Shown here: positions 8,453 to 19,098 of the stretch, piece after piece | Numbering within the stretch: the first letter of the stretch is position 1 | Layout of the letters: each line of letters begins with the position of its first letter | Origin: Myxococcota bacterium | GTDB lineage: Bacteria > Myxococcota_A > UBA796 > CAJQPC01 | Assembly: GCA_036229005.1 (NCBI GenBank) | Contig: JAZAMN010000047.1 | Location: 1 to 64,000, forward strand | Direction of reading: 5' to 3' | Length of the DNA stretch: 64,000 nucleotides | The notes under the pieces: generated by a model | The model's database searches: none | Told to the model about the DNA's origin: nothing | What the model saw: the letters and a program-made list of their open reading frames with translations, nothing else | Program-made: the position numbers and the translations under genes

Positions 8453-10314
8453 TGGAGGCTCCCGATCTCAGGCTCGCCGGCCACGGCGCCCTCCAGGAAC
8501 TCCTTGTAGAGGGAGGCGGCCTCGGAGAGCTCGAAGATGACGAAGTGGCCGCGCCCGGAGTAGCTGGCCATACCGCTGGTCACGCTCTGCTCACCCCACG
8601 CCGGGATGGATCGCAGCACCGGCGAGGACACCGGCTCTATCCCCAGCACCTGGTGGGCCTCGGGGATGTCCCCGCTGTCGACGAAGGGCGCGCCGGCCGC
8701 CGCGCTCAGGGCGTCGGAGGTCTCCGGCGGGGTGTACTCGTCCATCGTCCCCTGGAAGAGCAGCACGTCCACGGGGCGCTCCGTGAACCACGCGCGCCGC
8801 TGGTTCCAGTAGGGGGCGTAGTTGATGGGGTCGGTGACGTCGGCCAGGGACTGCAGCAGCGCGGCGATGGGGTGCATCGCGTCAAAGGTCTCGCCGTCGG
8901 AGAAGTCCAGCAGCGAGGTCACCAGCTCCTCCAGGTCCAGGTCGCCCTGCTTGCGGTAGAGCACCGATAGGCTCAGGAAGCCGCCCGCGCCGGAGAGCAC
9001 CGCGCCGTCCAGCTCATCGCCCAGGTAGGGGAGCGCCATCGAGCCCGTGACCCCGCCCTGGCTGTGCCCCAGGTAGAGGACGTGATCCGGGTCGGTGTGC
9101 ACCTCGCCGTGCACCGTCTGGAAGCTGTGGCTGCGTCCGGACAGGATGTGGGCCAGGTAGACGCTGTCGAGGGCACCCTGGCGGAAGTTGGCCCGCGCCG
9201 AGTCCGGGTTGAAGAGGTTGAAGCTGTGCAGCTCCACGTCGGTGCCCTCCGTCCCGCGGTCACCGTGCAGGGGCTGGGAGACGCCGATCATCATCATGCC
9301 GCCCTGGGCCACCCGCCAGGCGGGCACCATGCCGCCGGAGCCGGCGCAGCAGCTCGTCCAGTCGCCGCCGGTGCCGTGGACGTAGATCACGACGGGCCAG
9401 CCGCCCTCGGGCTCCTCGCCGCTGGGGACGGTCACGGACATGGTGACGCGCTCCCAGCCGTAGAGCTGCGGGGTGCCGTCGGAATCGAACGCGAAAGCGC
9501 CGCCTTCGCTGGCGTAGGGGCGCTCCCCGTGCTGCCAGATCGGCAGGGTGACGCTGCCCTCGTAGCCCTTCCCGAAGGCGCTGTTCGTGGTGTAGTCCAG
9601 CTCCTGGTCCAAGGACTGGACGCCGAGCTCTGTCTCGATGTGGCGGGCCAGGGTGGCCTGCTCCTGGACGGGATCCTGGGTGCGGAAGCGGGTCGCGATC
9701 GCGATGTCCTCGCTGGTGAGGCCCTGCTCGAAGAGCCAGGCGTCCAACAAGGCCCAGTCGGTGTAGGACCCCCGATCGGGGTCCAAGGCATCCTTGAACC
9801 CATCGGACTGGGTGGCGATCCGGCTGGTGACCAGGGCCGTGTACAGGGTGCCGGGTCGCAGGGGGGCCCCGGGGATGGGGGCGAAGGCCAGCAGGTTCTC
9901 GGGCTGGTAGGTGGTCGCGGTGGCCTGGAAGTCGGTGTGTAGGGGCACCAGCTCGCCAAAGCCGGGGCTCTCGGGGTCCAGGTTCACCAGCATCACGCTG
10001 GCCTCCTGCGGGTCCAGGGACTCGGCGGCGCTGGGCAGCAGCGCGGTGTCGATGGGGCCGTCGAAGCGGAAGTACACGGGCCCGTTGGTGGAGAAGCCGT
10101 CCAGCTCCTGCTCCATCGCCAGCGCGTAGTTCTCGATCAGCGGGAAGGTGTCGGCGCCGGGGAAGCCGGCCATGTCGGGAGCGCCGCCTTCCAGGGTGCG
10201 GGCCTGGGAGGGCCAGGGGCTGTCGAAGAACGCGCCCGCGGGGTCGTCCAGGGGTGCAGGACGCTCGATGGTCTCCTCACAGGCCACAAGCGCCAGAAGC
10301 CAAGCCGCAGTCAT
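8449..10314 (-). CDS. Lipoprotein alpha/beta hydrolase with N-terminal Ig-like region
   Basis: LVAC lipobox; DGFSTNGPVYFRF, YVHGTGG, YLGHSQGG, C-terminal GHF. Confidence 0.8.
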   Translation of the reverse strand: MTAAWLLALVACEETIERPAPLDDPAGAFFDSPWPSQARTLEGGAPDMAGFPGADTFPLIENYALAMEQELDGFSTNGPVYFRFDGPIDTALLPSAAESLDPQEASVMLVNLDPESPGFGELVPLHTDFQATATTYQPENLLAFAPIPGAPLRPGTLYTALVTSRIATQSDGFKDALDPDRGSYTDWALLDAWLFEQGLTSEDIAIATRFRTQDPVQEQATLARHIETELGVQSLDQELDYTTNSAFGKGYEGSVTLPIWQHGERPYASEGGAFAFDSDGTPQLYGWERVTMSVTVPSGEEPEGGWPVVIYVHGTGGDWTSCCAGSGGMVPAWRVAQGGMMMIGVSQPLHGDRGTEGTDVELHSFNLFNPDSARANFRQGALDSVYLAHILSGRSHSFQTVHGEVHTDPDHVLYLGHSQGGVTGSMALPYLGDELDGAVLSGAGGFLSLSVLYRKQGDLDLEELVTSLLDFSDGETFDAMHPIAALLQSLADVTDPINYAPYWNQRRAWFTERPVDVLLFQGTMDEYTPPETSDALSAAAGAPFVDSGDIPEAHQVLGIEPVSSPVLRSIPAWGEQSVTSGMASYSGRGHFVIFELSEAASLYKEFLEGAVAGEPEIGSLQ

Positions 10315-10419
10315 CCGTGCTCCTTTGGCGCAGCCTAACCCCGAAGGGGAGGGGACTCAGGGTTTACAGCCCGCTCACGTCCCCTTGGCTACAATCGCGG
10401 GACGAGCTTTGGAGCCGCA

Positions 10420-11226
10420 ATGTCCATCCTTCTGCCGGTTTTGAGTCTGCTTGGTTGCAAGGGCAACGTCGACCTCGGTCAGGGCGCAGAGGCCGACGCC
10501 CGCTTGACCGCGGACGTCTACACCTGGGAGTGCGGGGACTCCTCCACCGGGGAGATCTACGAGGGCGCCTTCTCCTGGAACATCTCCCTGGAGTACGCAC
10601 CGGACGGCCTGCAGGACCGCCAGCTCCCCTCTGGCTGTGTGGCTGGCCTGTCCATGTTCCCCTTCGATGCGGGGGCCTCCGGCACCGACATCCCCGGCCT
10701 GAGCGACGAGCCGGACTGGGAGGCGGGCACCCGCTCCGGGGAGCTGCTGCGCGAGGGCGCGGGCTTCTACTACGACGAGGTCTTCACCAACGTGCACACC
10801 TGCGAGCCCGCGGATGAGCTGCTGGGCGGCGGCCTTGAGCTGCTGGAGGCCGGACCCTTCTCTGGCGCGATCGCCCCCGAGGCCGGCACGATCGCCGACG
10901 TCAGCGTGGATGCGGGCGACGACGAGCTCATCGACTTTGGCGAGACCGTCGAGGTGAGCTGGGATGCGGACGAGTGGGACGAGGTCTGGATCCAGGTGCG
11001 CCAGGAGCGGGACGGCGAGGCCTGGGGCACGGTCACCTGCAACGCGGGCAGCGGAGACAGCTTCACCGTGGGGGACGACGTCTGGGAGCTGCTGAACTCT
11101 CAGCTCGATACGCCGTACATCAACTTGTACGTGGGCTTCCAGAACTCCGAGACCCAGGAGATGGACGACGGCCAGAAGATCGAGGTCGTCACCCGCGGCA
11201 TGCACGTTTTTGTTGTGCAGAGCTGA
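10420..11226 (+). CDS. Acidic hypothetical lipoprotein
   Basis: LLGC lipobox; GGAG SD; upstream TACAAT. Confidence 0.75.
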   Translation: MSILLPVLSLLGCKGNVDLGQGAEADARLTADVYTWECGDSSTGEIYEGAFSWNISLEYAPDGLQDRQLPSGCVAGLSMFPFDAGASGTDIPGLSDEPDWEAGTRSGELLREGAGFYYDEVFTNVHTCEPADELLGGGLELLEAGPFSGAIAPEAGTIADVSVDAGDDELIDFGETVEVSWDADEWDEVWIQVRQERDGEAWGTVTCNAGSGDSFTVGDDVWELLNSQLDTPYINLYVGFQNSETQEMDDGQKIEVVTRGMHVFVVQS

Positions 11227-11356
11227 AGCGCAGCGCTTCGGCGCTTTGACGCTTGATGGCAGCCGGTGGTAGCACTACACACCTCTGGCAGATCGTCCGG
11301 GCTCCCCCAAAGGCGTCCCGGGCTCCCAGCCACCCCTCCGGACTTGGGCCCACCCC

Positions 11357-12073
11357 ATGAGCAAGACCGCCCTGGTCGTGCACCCCAACCCCAGCACACA
11401 GCGCCGCGCGGAGAGCGCCCTGGCGTCCATGGGCTTTGACGTGATCCTGGCCCACGGCGTGCGGGAGGCCCGCATGCGCACCGAGGGGGGCAGCGTGGAT
11501 CTGGCCCTGTCCGGGGTCCGCCTTCCCGACGGCAGCGGCTACGAGCTGGCCCGCACGCTCCGCGACGAGCACCCCGCCGCGCTGGTCTACCTGGTCGCCG
11601 GTGGCTTTGAGGTCTACGATCCCGAGCAGGCCTCCGAGTGCGGCGTGGACGGGCGCATCAGCTCCCCCTTCACCGCGGCCTCGCTGCGGCAGGTGGTCGA
11701 GTCCGCCCTGGGCCCGATGGCCTTCCAGGAAGAGGACGCCGAGGACCCCCAGTCCTACAAGGGCCCCATCGTGGTCGAGTCCGGCCTGGAGCCCCTCCCG
11801 GCCCGCGCCGTGTCTCCCCTCAGCGCGCCCCCCGAGAGTAGCGAGCGGCTGGCCAGCTTCATTCCCCGTGATCCCCGCGCGCCCGAGCCGGTGGCCGTGG
11901 ACCCCGCAGTCGTGGGTCCGGCCCTGGAGCGCGCGATCCTGGAGGTGCTCCCTGAAGTCGTGGAGGCCGTGCTGCGCAGCTCGCTCAGCGCCGACCCCGA
12001 CTTCCGGGGTCTGGTCGAGAAGGCCGTCCAGGACGCCGTCGCCGCGCGGATGGAGTCCGGCCAGCAGAGCTGA
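11357..12073 (+). CDS. romR: RomR-like response regulator with degenerate receiver
   Basis: Receiver with AGGFEVYD, Pro-rich linker, C-terminal ERAILEVLPEVVE helix; directly upstream of valS. Confidence 0.65.
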   Translation: MSKTALVVHPNPSTQRRAESALASMGFDVILAHGVREARMRTEGGSVDLALSGVRLPDGSGYELARTLRDEHPAALVYLVAGGFEVYDPEQASECGVDGRISSPFTAASLRQVVESALGPMAFQEEDAEDPQSYKGPIVVESGLEPLPARAVSPLSAPPESSERLASFIPRDPRAPEPVAVDPAVVGPALERAILEVLPEVVEAVLRSSLSADPDFRGLVEKAVQDAVAARMESGQQS

Positions 12074-12188
12074 GCTGGGCGCCCACAAAAGCGTTGCGCC
12101 GCCCCTGGGCGGGCCCTAATCAAGCACACCGAATTCCCACTTCGGGCGTGCGCGCCGTGCGCCGCGCCCCGAGCTTGTGAGCGAGACC

Positions 12189-14831
12189 ATGTCCGATCAG
12201 CAGAACGCCGAGCTGCCCAAGTCCTACGACCCCCACCAGGCGGCCGAGACCTACTACCCGCAGTGGGAGGCCCAGGGCCTCTTCAAGGGCGACAGCCAGG
12301 GCGAGAAGCCTCCCTTCTCCATCGTCATCCCGCCCCCCAACGTGACCGGCTCCCTGCACATGGGCCACGCGCTGGACAACACCCTCCAGGACATCCTGGT
12401 GCGCTTCAAGCGCATGGACGGCTTCGACGCCGTCTGGATCCCCGGCACCGACCACGCCGGCATCGCCACCCAGATGGTGGTGGAGCGCGAGCTGCGCAAG
12501 GAGGGCCTGGACCGCCACGAGCTGGGCCGCGAGGCCTTCCTGGAGAAGATCTGGGACTGGAAGAAGCAGAACGGCGACCGCATCATCTTCCAGCTCCGCT
12601 CGCTGGGCGTGTCCTGCGACTGGAGCCGCGAGCGCTTCACCATGGACGAGGGCCTGTCCGCCGCGGTGCGCCGCGTGTTCGTGAAGTACTACGAGGAGGG
12701 GCTGATCTACCGCGACACGCGCCTGATCAACTGGGACCCCGGCACCCGCACCGTGCTCTCCGATCTCGAGGTCGACTACGACGAGGACCACGTGGGCGAG
12801 CTCTGGAGCTTCGCCTACCCCCTGTCCGACGGCAGCGGTGAGCTGGTGGTCGCCACCACCCGCCCCGAGACCATGCTCGGCGACACCGCCGTGGCCGTGC
12901 ACCCGGAAGACCCCCGCTACAAGCACCTGATCGGCAAGACCGTCCACAACCCCCTGGTGGACCGCCACATCGAGATCATCGGCGACGCCATCCTGGTGGA
13001 CCCCGAGTTCGGCACCGGCGCCGTCAAGGTGACCCCCGCCCACGACTTCAACGACTACGAGGTGGGCAGGCGCCACGACCTCGAGTTCATCACCATGTTC
13101 GACGAGGCCGCCTGCGTGAACCACGTGGGCGGTGAGCGCTTCCAGGGCATGCACCGGGACGAGGCCCGCAAGGCCGTGAAGGCCGCCATGGCCGAGCTGG
13201 GCCTGGAGCGCGGCGGCAAGGAGCACAAGCACCCCCTGGGCCGCAGCCAGCGGGGCGGCGCGGTGGTCGAGCCCATGCTCTCCACCCAGTGGTTCGTGCG
13301 CATGAAGCCCCTCGCGGCGCCCGCCCTGGCCGCCGTGGAGCACGGGACCACCGAGTTCGTGCCCAAGCGCTTCGAGAACATCTACTTTGCCTGGATGCGC
13401 GACATCCGGGACTGGTGCATCAGCCGCCAGCTCTGGTGGGGCCACCAGATCCCCGCCTGGTACGACGCCGACGGCAAGGTCTACGTGGGCGAGTCCGAGG
13501 CCGCCGTGCGCGAGGCCAACGAGCTCGACGAGAGCGTGGTCCTCACCCAGGACCAGGACGTGCTGGACACCTGGTTCAGCTCCGCGCTGTGGCCCTTCTC
13601 CACCCTGGGCTGGCCCGAGATGGACAGCGCCGACCTCGCCAAGTGGTACCCGACCTCTGTGCTGGTGACCGGCTTCGACATCATCTTCTTCTGGGTCGCC
13701 CGGATGATGTTCTCCGGCCTGCACAACATGGGGAACGTGCCCTTCGCCAAGGTCTGCATCCACGGCCTGGTGCGCGATGAGAAGGGCGAGAAGATGTCCA
13801 AGACCAAGGGCAACGTGGTCGACCCGCTGGACACCATCGAGAAGCACGGCGTGGACGCCTTCCGCTTCACCCTGGCCCGCCTGGCCGCCCCCGGCGCCGA
13901 CATGAACTGGCGCGAGCACGAGGTCGAGGTCTCCTCCCGCTTCGTGAACAAGATCTGGCAGGCCTTCCGCTTCACCATGTCCAACCTGGAGGGCTACGAC
14001 CCCAGCGCCCAGGTGGAGCTCGGCGTCTACGACCGCTGGATCCTCGCCCGCCTCTCCCAGGCCACCGAGCGCATCCGCGGCCACCTGGAGAGCTTCCGCT
14101 TCGACCAGGCCTGCTCCGAGCTCTACGCCTTCACCTGGGACGAGCTCTGCGACTGGTACCTGGAGCTGTCCAAGGCCGCGATCTACGGGGAAGGGGAGGG
14201 CCGTCAGGCCGCCCAGCACACCCTGGTCACCGTCTTCTCCGGCGTGGCCCGCCTGATGCACCCCATCATGCCCTTCTTGAGCGAGGAGCTCTTCCAGCGC
14301 CTCCCCAACACCCAGGGCTCCGTGATGGTCGCGGACTTCCCCAAGGCCTCCGACTACGCCTCCGATCCCCACATCCTGGAGCAGGTCGCCTTCCTCCAGG
14401 AGGCCATCCGCCGGGTGCGCCGCCTGCGCGCCGAGATGGAGATCAGCCCCCGCATCCCCTTCAACGCCTACGCCCGCGGAGAGCGCGCCGCCTGGCTGCA
14501 GGACCACCCCTCCGGCCTCAAGCACCTGGCCAACGTGGTGTCCGTGCGCCTGGATGGGGACAAGCCCGCCGCCTCCGCGACCGCCGTGATCCCCGGCGCC
14601 GAGATCTTCATCGATCTCGAAGGCGTCGTGGACGTGGCCGCCGAGAAGGAGCGCCTGACCAAGGAGATCGCCAAGGTCGGCAAGGACGCAAAGGGTCTGC
14701 GCGGAAAGCTTGGGAACGAAGCCTTCGTCTCCAAGGCGCCGGACCACGTGGTCGCCAAGTTCCAGGAGAAGCTCGATCTCGCCGAGCAGCGCCTGGCCGG
14801 CCTCCAGGCCTCCTTGGCCTCCCTGGGCTGA
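12189..14831 (+). CDS. valS: Valine--tRNA ligase
   Basis: PPPNVTGSLHMGH, DWCISRQLWWGH, KMSKTKGN, C-terminal coiled coil. Confidence 0.98.
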   Translation: MSDQQNAELPKSYDPHQAAETYYPQWEAQGLFKGDSQGEKPPFSIVIPPPNVTGSLHMGHALDNTLQDILVRFKRMDGFDAVWIPGTDHAGIATQMVVERELRKEGLDRHELGREAFLEKIWDWKKQNGDRIIFQLRSLGVSCDWSRERFTMDEGLSAAVRRVFVKYYEEGLIYRDTRLINWDPGTRTVLSDLEVDYDEDHVGELWSFAYPLSDGSGELVVATTRPETMLGDTAVAVHPEDPRYKHLIGKTVHNPLVDRHIEIIGDAILVDPEFGTGAVKVTPAHDFNDYEVGRRHDLEFITMFDEAACVNHVGGERFQGMHRDEARKAVKAAMAELGLERGGKEHKHPLGRSQRGGAVVEPMLSTQWFVRMKPLAAPALAAVEHGTTEFVPKRFENIYFAWMRDIRDWCISRQLWWGHQIPAWYDADGKVYVGESEAAVREANELDESVVLTQDQDVLDTWFSSALWPFSTLGWPEMDSADLAKWYPTSVLVTGFDIIFFWVARMMFSGLHNMGNVPFAKVCIHGLVRDEKGEKMSKTKGNVVDPLDTIEKHGVDAFRFTLARLAAPGADMNWREHEVEVSSRFVNKIWQAFRFTMSNLEGYDPSAQVELGVYDRWILARLSQATERIRGHLESFRFDQACSELYAFTWDELCDWYLELSKAAIYGEGEGRQAAQHTLVTVFSGVARLMHPIMPFLSEELFQRLPNTQGSVMVADFPKASDYASDPHILEQVAFLQEAIRRVRRLRAEMEISPRIPFNAYARGERAAWLQDHPSGLKHLANVVSVRLDGDKPAASATAVIPGAEIFIDLEGVVDVAAEKERLTKEIAKVGKDAKGLRGKLGNEAFVSKAPDHVVAKFQEKLDLAEQRLAGLQASLASLG

Positions 14832-14894
14832 TCAGCACTGTCATCCACCAGCGAGGACAGGCTCAGCGTGTCCTCGCCTATGCAAGAGAGCCCC

Positions 14895-15737
14895 ATGCGC
14901 ATTCCCGAGCTGGTCGCCCGTGCCTTTGATGAGGATCTGGGCCCCGGAGACCTCACGACCGAATCCTGCGTCGATCCTTCCATCATGGGCAGCGCCCGGA
15001 TCTACGCCAAGCAGGACCTGGTGGTGTCCGGCACGGTCCCGGCCAAGCTGGCCTTTGAGCGCATGGGGGTCACTTGGGAGGCCCTGGCCCAGGACGGCGA
15101 TTCCCTGTCCAAGGGCGAGAACCTCTGCCGCCTGACGGGCCCGCTGGCCGGCATCCTGAGCGCCGAGCGCATCGCCCTGAACTTCCTGATGCGCTGCGCC
15201 GGCATCGCCACGAACACCCGCAGCATCGTGTCCGTGGCGGAAGGCAAGACCCGCGTGGTCTGCACCCGCAAGACCACCCCCCTGCACCGCGAGCTCGAGA
15301 AGGACGCGGTGCGCCACGGCGGCGGCCACAACCACCGCCACGGACTCTACGACGGGGTGATGATCAAGGACAACCACATCATCGCCGCCGGGGGCATCGC
15401 CCAGGCCGTGTCCCGCGCCCGGGCCCGCATCCACCACCTGGTCCGCATCGAGGTCGAGGTAGAGGACCTGGGCGAGCTGGATCAGGCCCTGGAGGCCGGC
15501 GCCGACGTCATCCTGCTGGACAACATGGACGACGCCACCCTCAAGCAGGCCATCGCCGTCACGGACGCCTTCGCCGAGGGCTCCGGGCGCCGCCCCCTGC
15601 TGGAGGCCAGCGGCAACATGGACGCCGAGCGCATCGCGCGCATCAAGGACATCGGCCTGGACATCATCTCGGTGGGCGGGCTCATCCACCAGGCCCGCTG
15701 GGTCGACTTCTCCCTGCGCATCGACGAGCAGGGCTGA
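14895..15737 (+). CDS. nadC: Nicotinate-nucleotide pyrophosphorylase (QPRTase)
   Basis: EDLGPGDLT, TRKTTP, HRHGLYD, IKDNH, EVEVE, LLDNM, EASG. Confidence 0.95.
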   Translation: MRIPELVARAFDEDLGPGDLTTESCVDPSIMGSARIYAKQDLVVSGTVPAKLAFERMGVTWEALAQDGDSLSKGENLCRLTGPLAGILSAERIALNFLMRCAGIATNTRSIVSVAEGKTRVVCTRKTTPLHRELEKDAVRHGGGHNHRHGLYDGVMIKDNHIIAAGGIAQAVSRARARIHHLVRIEVEVEDLGELDQALEAGADVILLDNMDDATLKQAIAVTDAFAEGSGRRPLLEASGNMDAERIARIKDIGLDIISVGGLIHQARWVDFSLRIDEQG

Positions 15738-16664
15738 GTGGACCCCTTCGACGACCGCCCCCTGGGCGCCAGGGTGGCCTCGCTGCTCTCCGAGGGGCCT
15801 GCCAATGGTCAGGCGCTGGCCGAGTGTTTTGGGGTGAGCCGACAGGCCATCTGGAAGGCGATCCAGGCCCTCAAGGCCGAAGGCGTCCCCGTCGAGAGCA
15901 CCCCCCAGGGCTACAGCCTCGGCCGCGGCGGCTACGGGCCTCTGAGCCTGAGCTGGCGCTGCGAGCGCCCGGTGGTGTTCTTCGAGCAGACCGACTCCAC
16001 CAACCGACAGGCATTCCAGCTTGGCCTGGATGGGGCCGAGTCCGGGACCCTGGTGGTCGCCGAGACCCAGTCCGCCGGCAAGGGCCGGCTCGGTCGCTCC
16101 TGGCGCAGTCTGCCGGGGAAGAACCTGGCTTTCTCGTTGTTGCTGCGTCCGCCCCTACCGCCTGAGATGGCTCCCCTGTTGAGCTTGGCAACAGCCGTCG
16201 GCATCGGCGAGGTCACCGGTCTGCCCATCAAGTGGCCCAACGACGTGCTGGCCCCCGATGGCCGCAAGGCGGCCGGCATCCTGGCCGAGCTCCACGCCGA
16301 GGTCGGGCGCCTGCACTTTGTGGTGCTGGGCGTGGGCATCAACGTGCACGCGCAGGAGTTCCCGGACGACATCCCGGGCACCTCGCTGGCGGAGCAGTTC
16401 CCGACCAGGGATTGGGATCGGGCCGAGCTGCTGGGCGGTGTGGTCGCTCGCATCGAGAGCCGCTGCGCTCAGCTCTCCTCCAACCCGGACAAGGTGCTGG
16501 ACGCCTGGCGGGCCCAGAGCGCGACCCTGGGCAAGCGCGTGCGGGTGGGGCAGGTCGAGGGGATCGCCGTGGACCTGCGACAAGATGGCGCGCTGATCGT
16601 CGAGACTGGGACCGGGCGTGTGCCTATCCTGGCGGGCGACGTGCAGATGGTGAGCGCCCGCTGA
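15738..16664 (+). CDS. birA: Bifunctional biotin ligase/repressor
   Basis: HTH GVSRQAIWKAI; DSTN, QSAGKGRLGRSW, KWPND, KAAGIL, GVGINV. Confidence 0.95.
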   Translation: MDPFDDRPLGARVASLLSEGPANGQALAECFGVSRQAIWKAIQALKAEGVPVESTPQGYSLGRGGYGPLSLSWRCERPVVFFEQTDSTNRQAFQLGLDGAESGTLVVAETQSAGKGRLGRSWRSLPGKNLAFSLLLRPPLPPEMAPLLSLATAVGIGEVTGLPIKWPNDVLAPDGRKAAGILAELHAEVGRLHFVVLGVGINVHAQEFPDDIPGTSLAEQFPTRDWDRAELLGGVVARIESRCAQLSSNPDKVLDAWRAQSATLGKRVRVGQVEGIAVDLRQDGALIVETGTGRVPILAGDVQMVSAR

Positions 16665-16675
16665 CCGGAGGACGC

Positions 16676-16798
16676 CTAGCCGATCAGCAGGGTCGTCACG
16701 CCGGCGGCCACGGTCACGCCCAGCAGCACGCCGGCCTGCACCCAGAGCGCCCAGCGCTGCTCGGTCTCATGCTCGGGGGGCTTTCGCTGGGTCTTCAT
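16676..16798 (-). pseudogene. Possible small single-TM protein interrupted by a 1-nt indel in a C5 run
   Basis: GGAG-SD ATG (MKTQRKP) is one frame off from EHETEQRWALWVQAGVLLGVTVAAGVTTLLIG-stop. Confidence 0.35.
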
Positions 16799-17013
16799 CG
16801 TGTCTCCAATGTCAGGGTACGGCAAAGTCCAGGCGCAACCCTTTCACCCTGGGGAAGTGGAGGAGCGAGCGGTGAAATGGGGTGAAATCGGGGCAAGATC
16901 TGGCCCGGCGGTGCGGCGCGCGCCCGGTCCGGTCGTGGCAGGCCCCCCCGGGGAGCGGCTAAAGCTGCGCATCGCTTGAGCCGGGGCCACCCTGGCGCAC
17001 TCTTGGAGATCAC

Positions 17014-18057
17014 ATGTTTCTGCTCGTCGCCGCGGCAATGGCCGCCACCCCGGACCCCAAGATCATCAACGGGGAGGCCGCCTCTTCCGATGAGTTCCCC
17101 GCCGCTGGCGGCATGATCATGGACTTCGGGATGCAGGGCCAGACCTACCGGGCCTTCATGTGCTCCTCCACGCTGATCGCGCCGGACACCGTGCTGATCG
17201 CCGCCCACTGCCTGGACGAGTTCGCCCTGACCTACGGCATGTTCGAGCTGGAGAACGTCGAGGTCAACTGGACCCGCCAGGCCGACCTGACCGCCTACGC
17301 GAACTACGAGCTGGTGGCCCTGCCCGACGACGCGGTCCCCGCCTGGGACTGGGTCCTGCACCCAAGCTGGGACATGCAGTCCCTGCAGACCGGCCTGTCG
17401 CTGAACTACGACCTCGCGCTGATCTTCCTGGATGAGCCCGTCACCGACGTGGACTTCGTCTACCTGCCCACCGCCGAGGAGGCCGCGCAGCTCTCCGAGG
17501 GGCTGGAGGTCACCGTCGTGGGCTGGGGCCAGCAGTCCGCCACCAACGGCTGGGAGCAGCCCCCCGCGGGCTCCTACGGCATCAAGCAGCAGGGCGTGAG
17601 CCACATCAACGAGCTCTCCGACGTGGAGTTCCAGGTCGGCGCCGTCGAGACCGACGTGCGCAAGTGCCACGGTGACTCCGGCGGCCCCAGCTTTGCCTGG
17701 CTGGAGACCGAGAGCGCCGACAACATGCGGGTCATTGGCGTGACCTCCCACGCCTACGACGCGAGCGACTGCAACGAGACCGGCGGCGTCGACACCCGCG
17801 TCGACTACTACCTGGACTGGATCGACGCCGAGATGCGCTCCCGCTGCGAGGACGGCTCCCGCGCCTGGTGTGACGAGCCCGGCATCCCGGACCCCTCCCT
17901 GACCGAGAAGGAGGAGACCGAGCAGGAGGTCGTGCTGGAGGAGGAGGGCTTCTTCGCCAGCCGCGGCTGCTCCAGCGTGCCCGGCAGCGCCTCCTTCGGC
18001 CTGATGGCGGGCCTGCTGGGGCTGGTGGCCCTGGGGCGTCGTCGTCGTCAGGGCTGA
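17014..18057 (+). CDS. Secreted S1 trypsin-like serine protease with MYXO-CTERM-like tail
   Basis: KIINGE, AAHC, YDLAL, CHGDSGGP; C-terminal GCSS..TM..RRRR. Confidence 0.92.
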   Translation: MFLLVAAAMAATPDPKIINGEAASSDEFPAAGGMIMDFGMQGQTYRAFMCSSTLIAPDTVLIAAHCLDEFALTYGMFELENVEVNWTRQADLTAYANYELVALPDDAVPAWDWVLHPSWDMQSLQTGLSLNYDLALIFLDEPVTDVDFVYLPTAEEAAQLSEGLEVTVVGWGQQSATNGWEQPPAGSYGIKQQGVSHINELSDVEFQVGAVETDVRKCHGDSGGPSFAWLETESADNMRVIGVTSHAYDASDCNETGGVDTRVDYYLDWIDAEMRSRCEDGSRAWCDEPGIPDPSLTEKEETEQEVVLEEEGFFASRGCSSVPGSASFGLMAGLLGLVALGRRRRQG

Positions 18058-18172
18058 AGGCAGCGGGCTGAGGGCTGAGAGCACAGGGATGAGGGGGACT
18101 CCCCGGTCTGCGTTCAGGGCTGCTTGAGACTCCTGCGGGTATCCAGGCGCTTCACCAGACCTGGAGCCCCCC

Positions 18173-19093
18173 TTGACCACCAAGACCCTCTCTCGCCGTC
18201 ACATCCTGTTCAGCACTGCCGCCCTGGCCACCCTGGTCGCCTGCCGTCAGGCCACCGGGGACAGCTCTCTGCTTGGCGGGGACAGCGGAGAGGGGGGGGA
18301 CTCGGGCCCGGATGGGGACACCGCTGCCGGTGAGGACACCGGCCTCGGGGGTGATACCGGCACCGGAGAGGACACTGGCTCCGGCGAGGACACCGGTGGG
18401 AGCGGCGGGGACGAGCACCCCGACACCATCGACGCCACCGCCTGGGCCACCGGCGGCACCGCGGCCATGACCGCCGCGGCGAGCTACCCCAACCCCTTCG
18501 ACGGGGTGACCTTGGGCGAGTGCGCTCAGATCTCCAGCACGACCGAGGGGCCCTGCACCACGACCACCACCAAGGTGCGCCAGGACATCTCCGAGGGCTG
18601 GGACGGGCTGCCCGTGCGCCTGGTCTTCAAGATCGTCGACGACGGCTGCAGCCCGCTGGCGGGCAAGCAGGTCAAGATCTGGCACACCAACTACGCGGGC
18701 AGCTACTCCGGCGAGACCCCCAACGCCGGCATGTGCCTGACGGACCGCGACTACTCGTCCCAGAACTTCGGGCGCGGCGCCCAGGTCACGGACGCCGAGG
18801 GCATCGTGCAGTTCGATACCTGCTTCCCCGGCTGGTACTCCAGCCGCGCGGTGCACATCCACATCCAGGTGGAGGACAGCCAGGTGAGCCAGGTGTTCTT
18901 CCCGGCCTCGGTGACCAAGGGCGTGTTCAACAACCACAAGGTCTACAAGGGCTTCGGCCAGCCCGACACCAGCTTTGATCGGGACACCGTCATCGGCTCC
19001 TTCTCGGACGCCCAGCGGGCGCTGCTGATCATGGACGTGCGGCAGATGAGCGACGGCGCGATGCTGGCCTCCAAGGCGCTGGCCGTCCGCTGA
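18173..19093 (+). CDS. Tat-exported lipoprotein, intradiol dioxygenase-like
   Basis: SRRHILF plus [31 protein letters not shown]. Confidence 0.85.
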   Translation: MTTKTLSRRHILFSTAALATLVACRQATGDSSLLGGDSGEGGDSGPDGDTAAGEDTGLGGDTGTGEDTGSGEDTGGSGGDEHPDTIDATAWATGGTAAMTAAASYPNPFDGVTLGECAQISSTTEGPCTTTTTKVRQDISEGWDGLPVRLVFKIVDDGCSPLAGKQVKIWHTNYAGSYSGETPNAGMCLTDRDYSSQNFGRGAQVTDAEGIVQFDTCFPGWYSSRAVHIHIQVEDSQVSQVFFPASVTKGVFNNHKVYKGFGQPDTSFDRDTVIGSFSDAQRALLIMDVRQMSDGAMLASKALAVR

Positions 19094-19098
19094 GCGGC

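Noticed and set aside
12120..14747. Long antisense ORFs opposite valS (likewise opposite icd, sucC, gltA and the ALDH gene)
   Set aside because: Typical stop-poor shadows of GC3-biased genes; no motifs.
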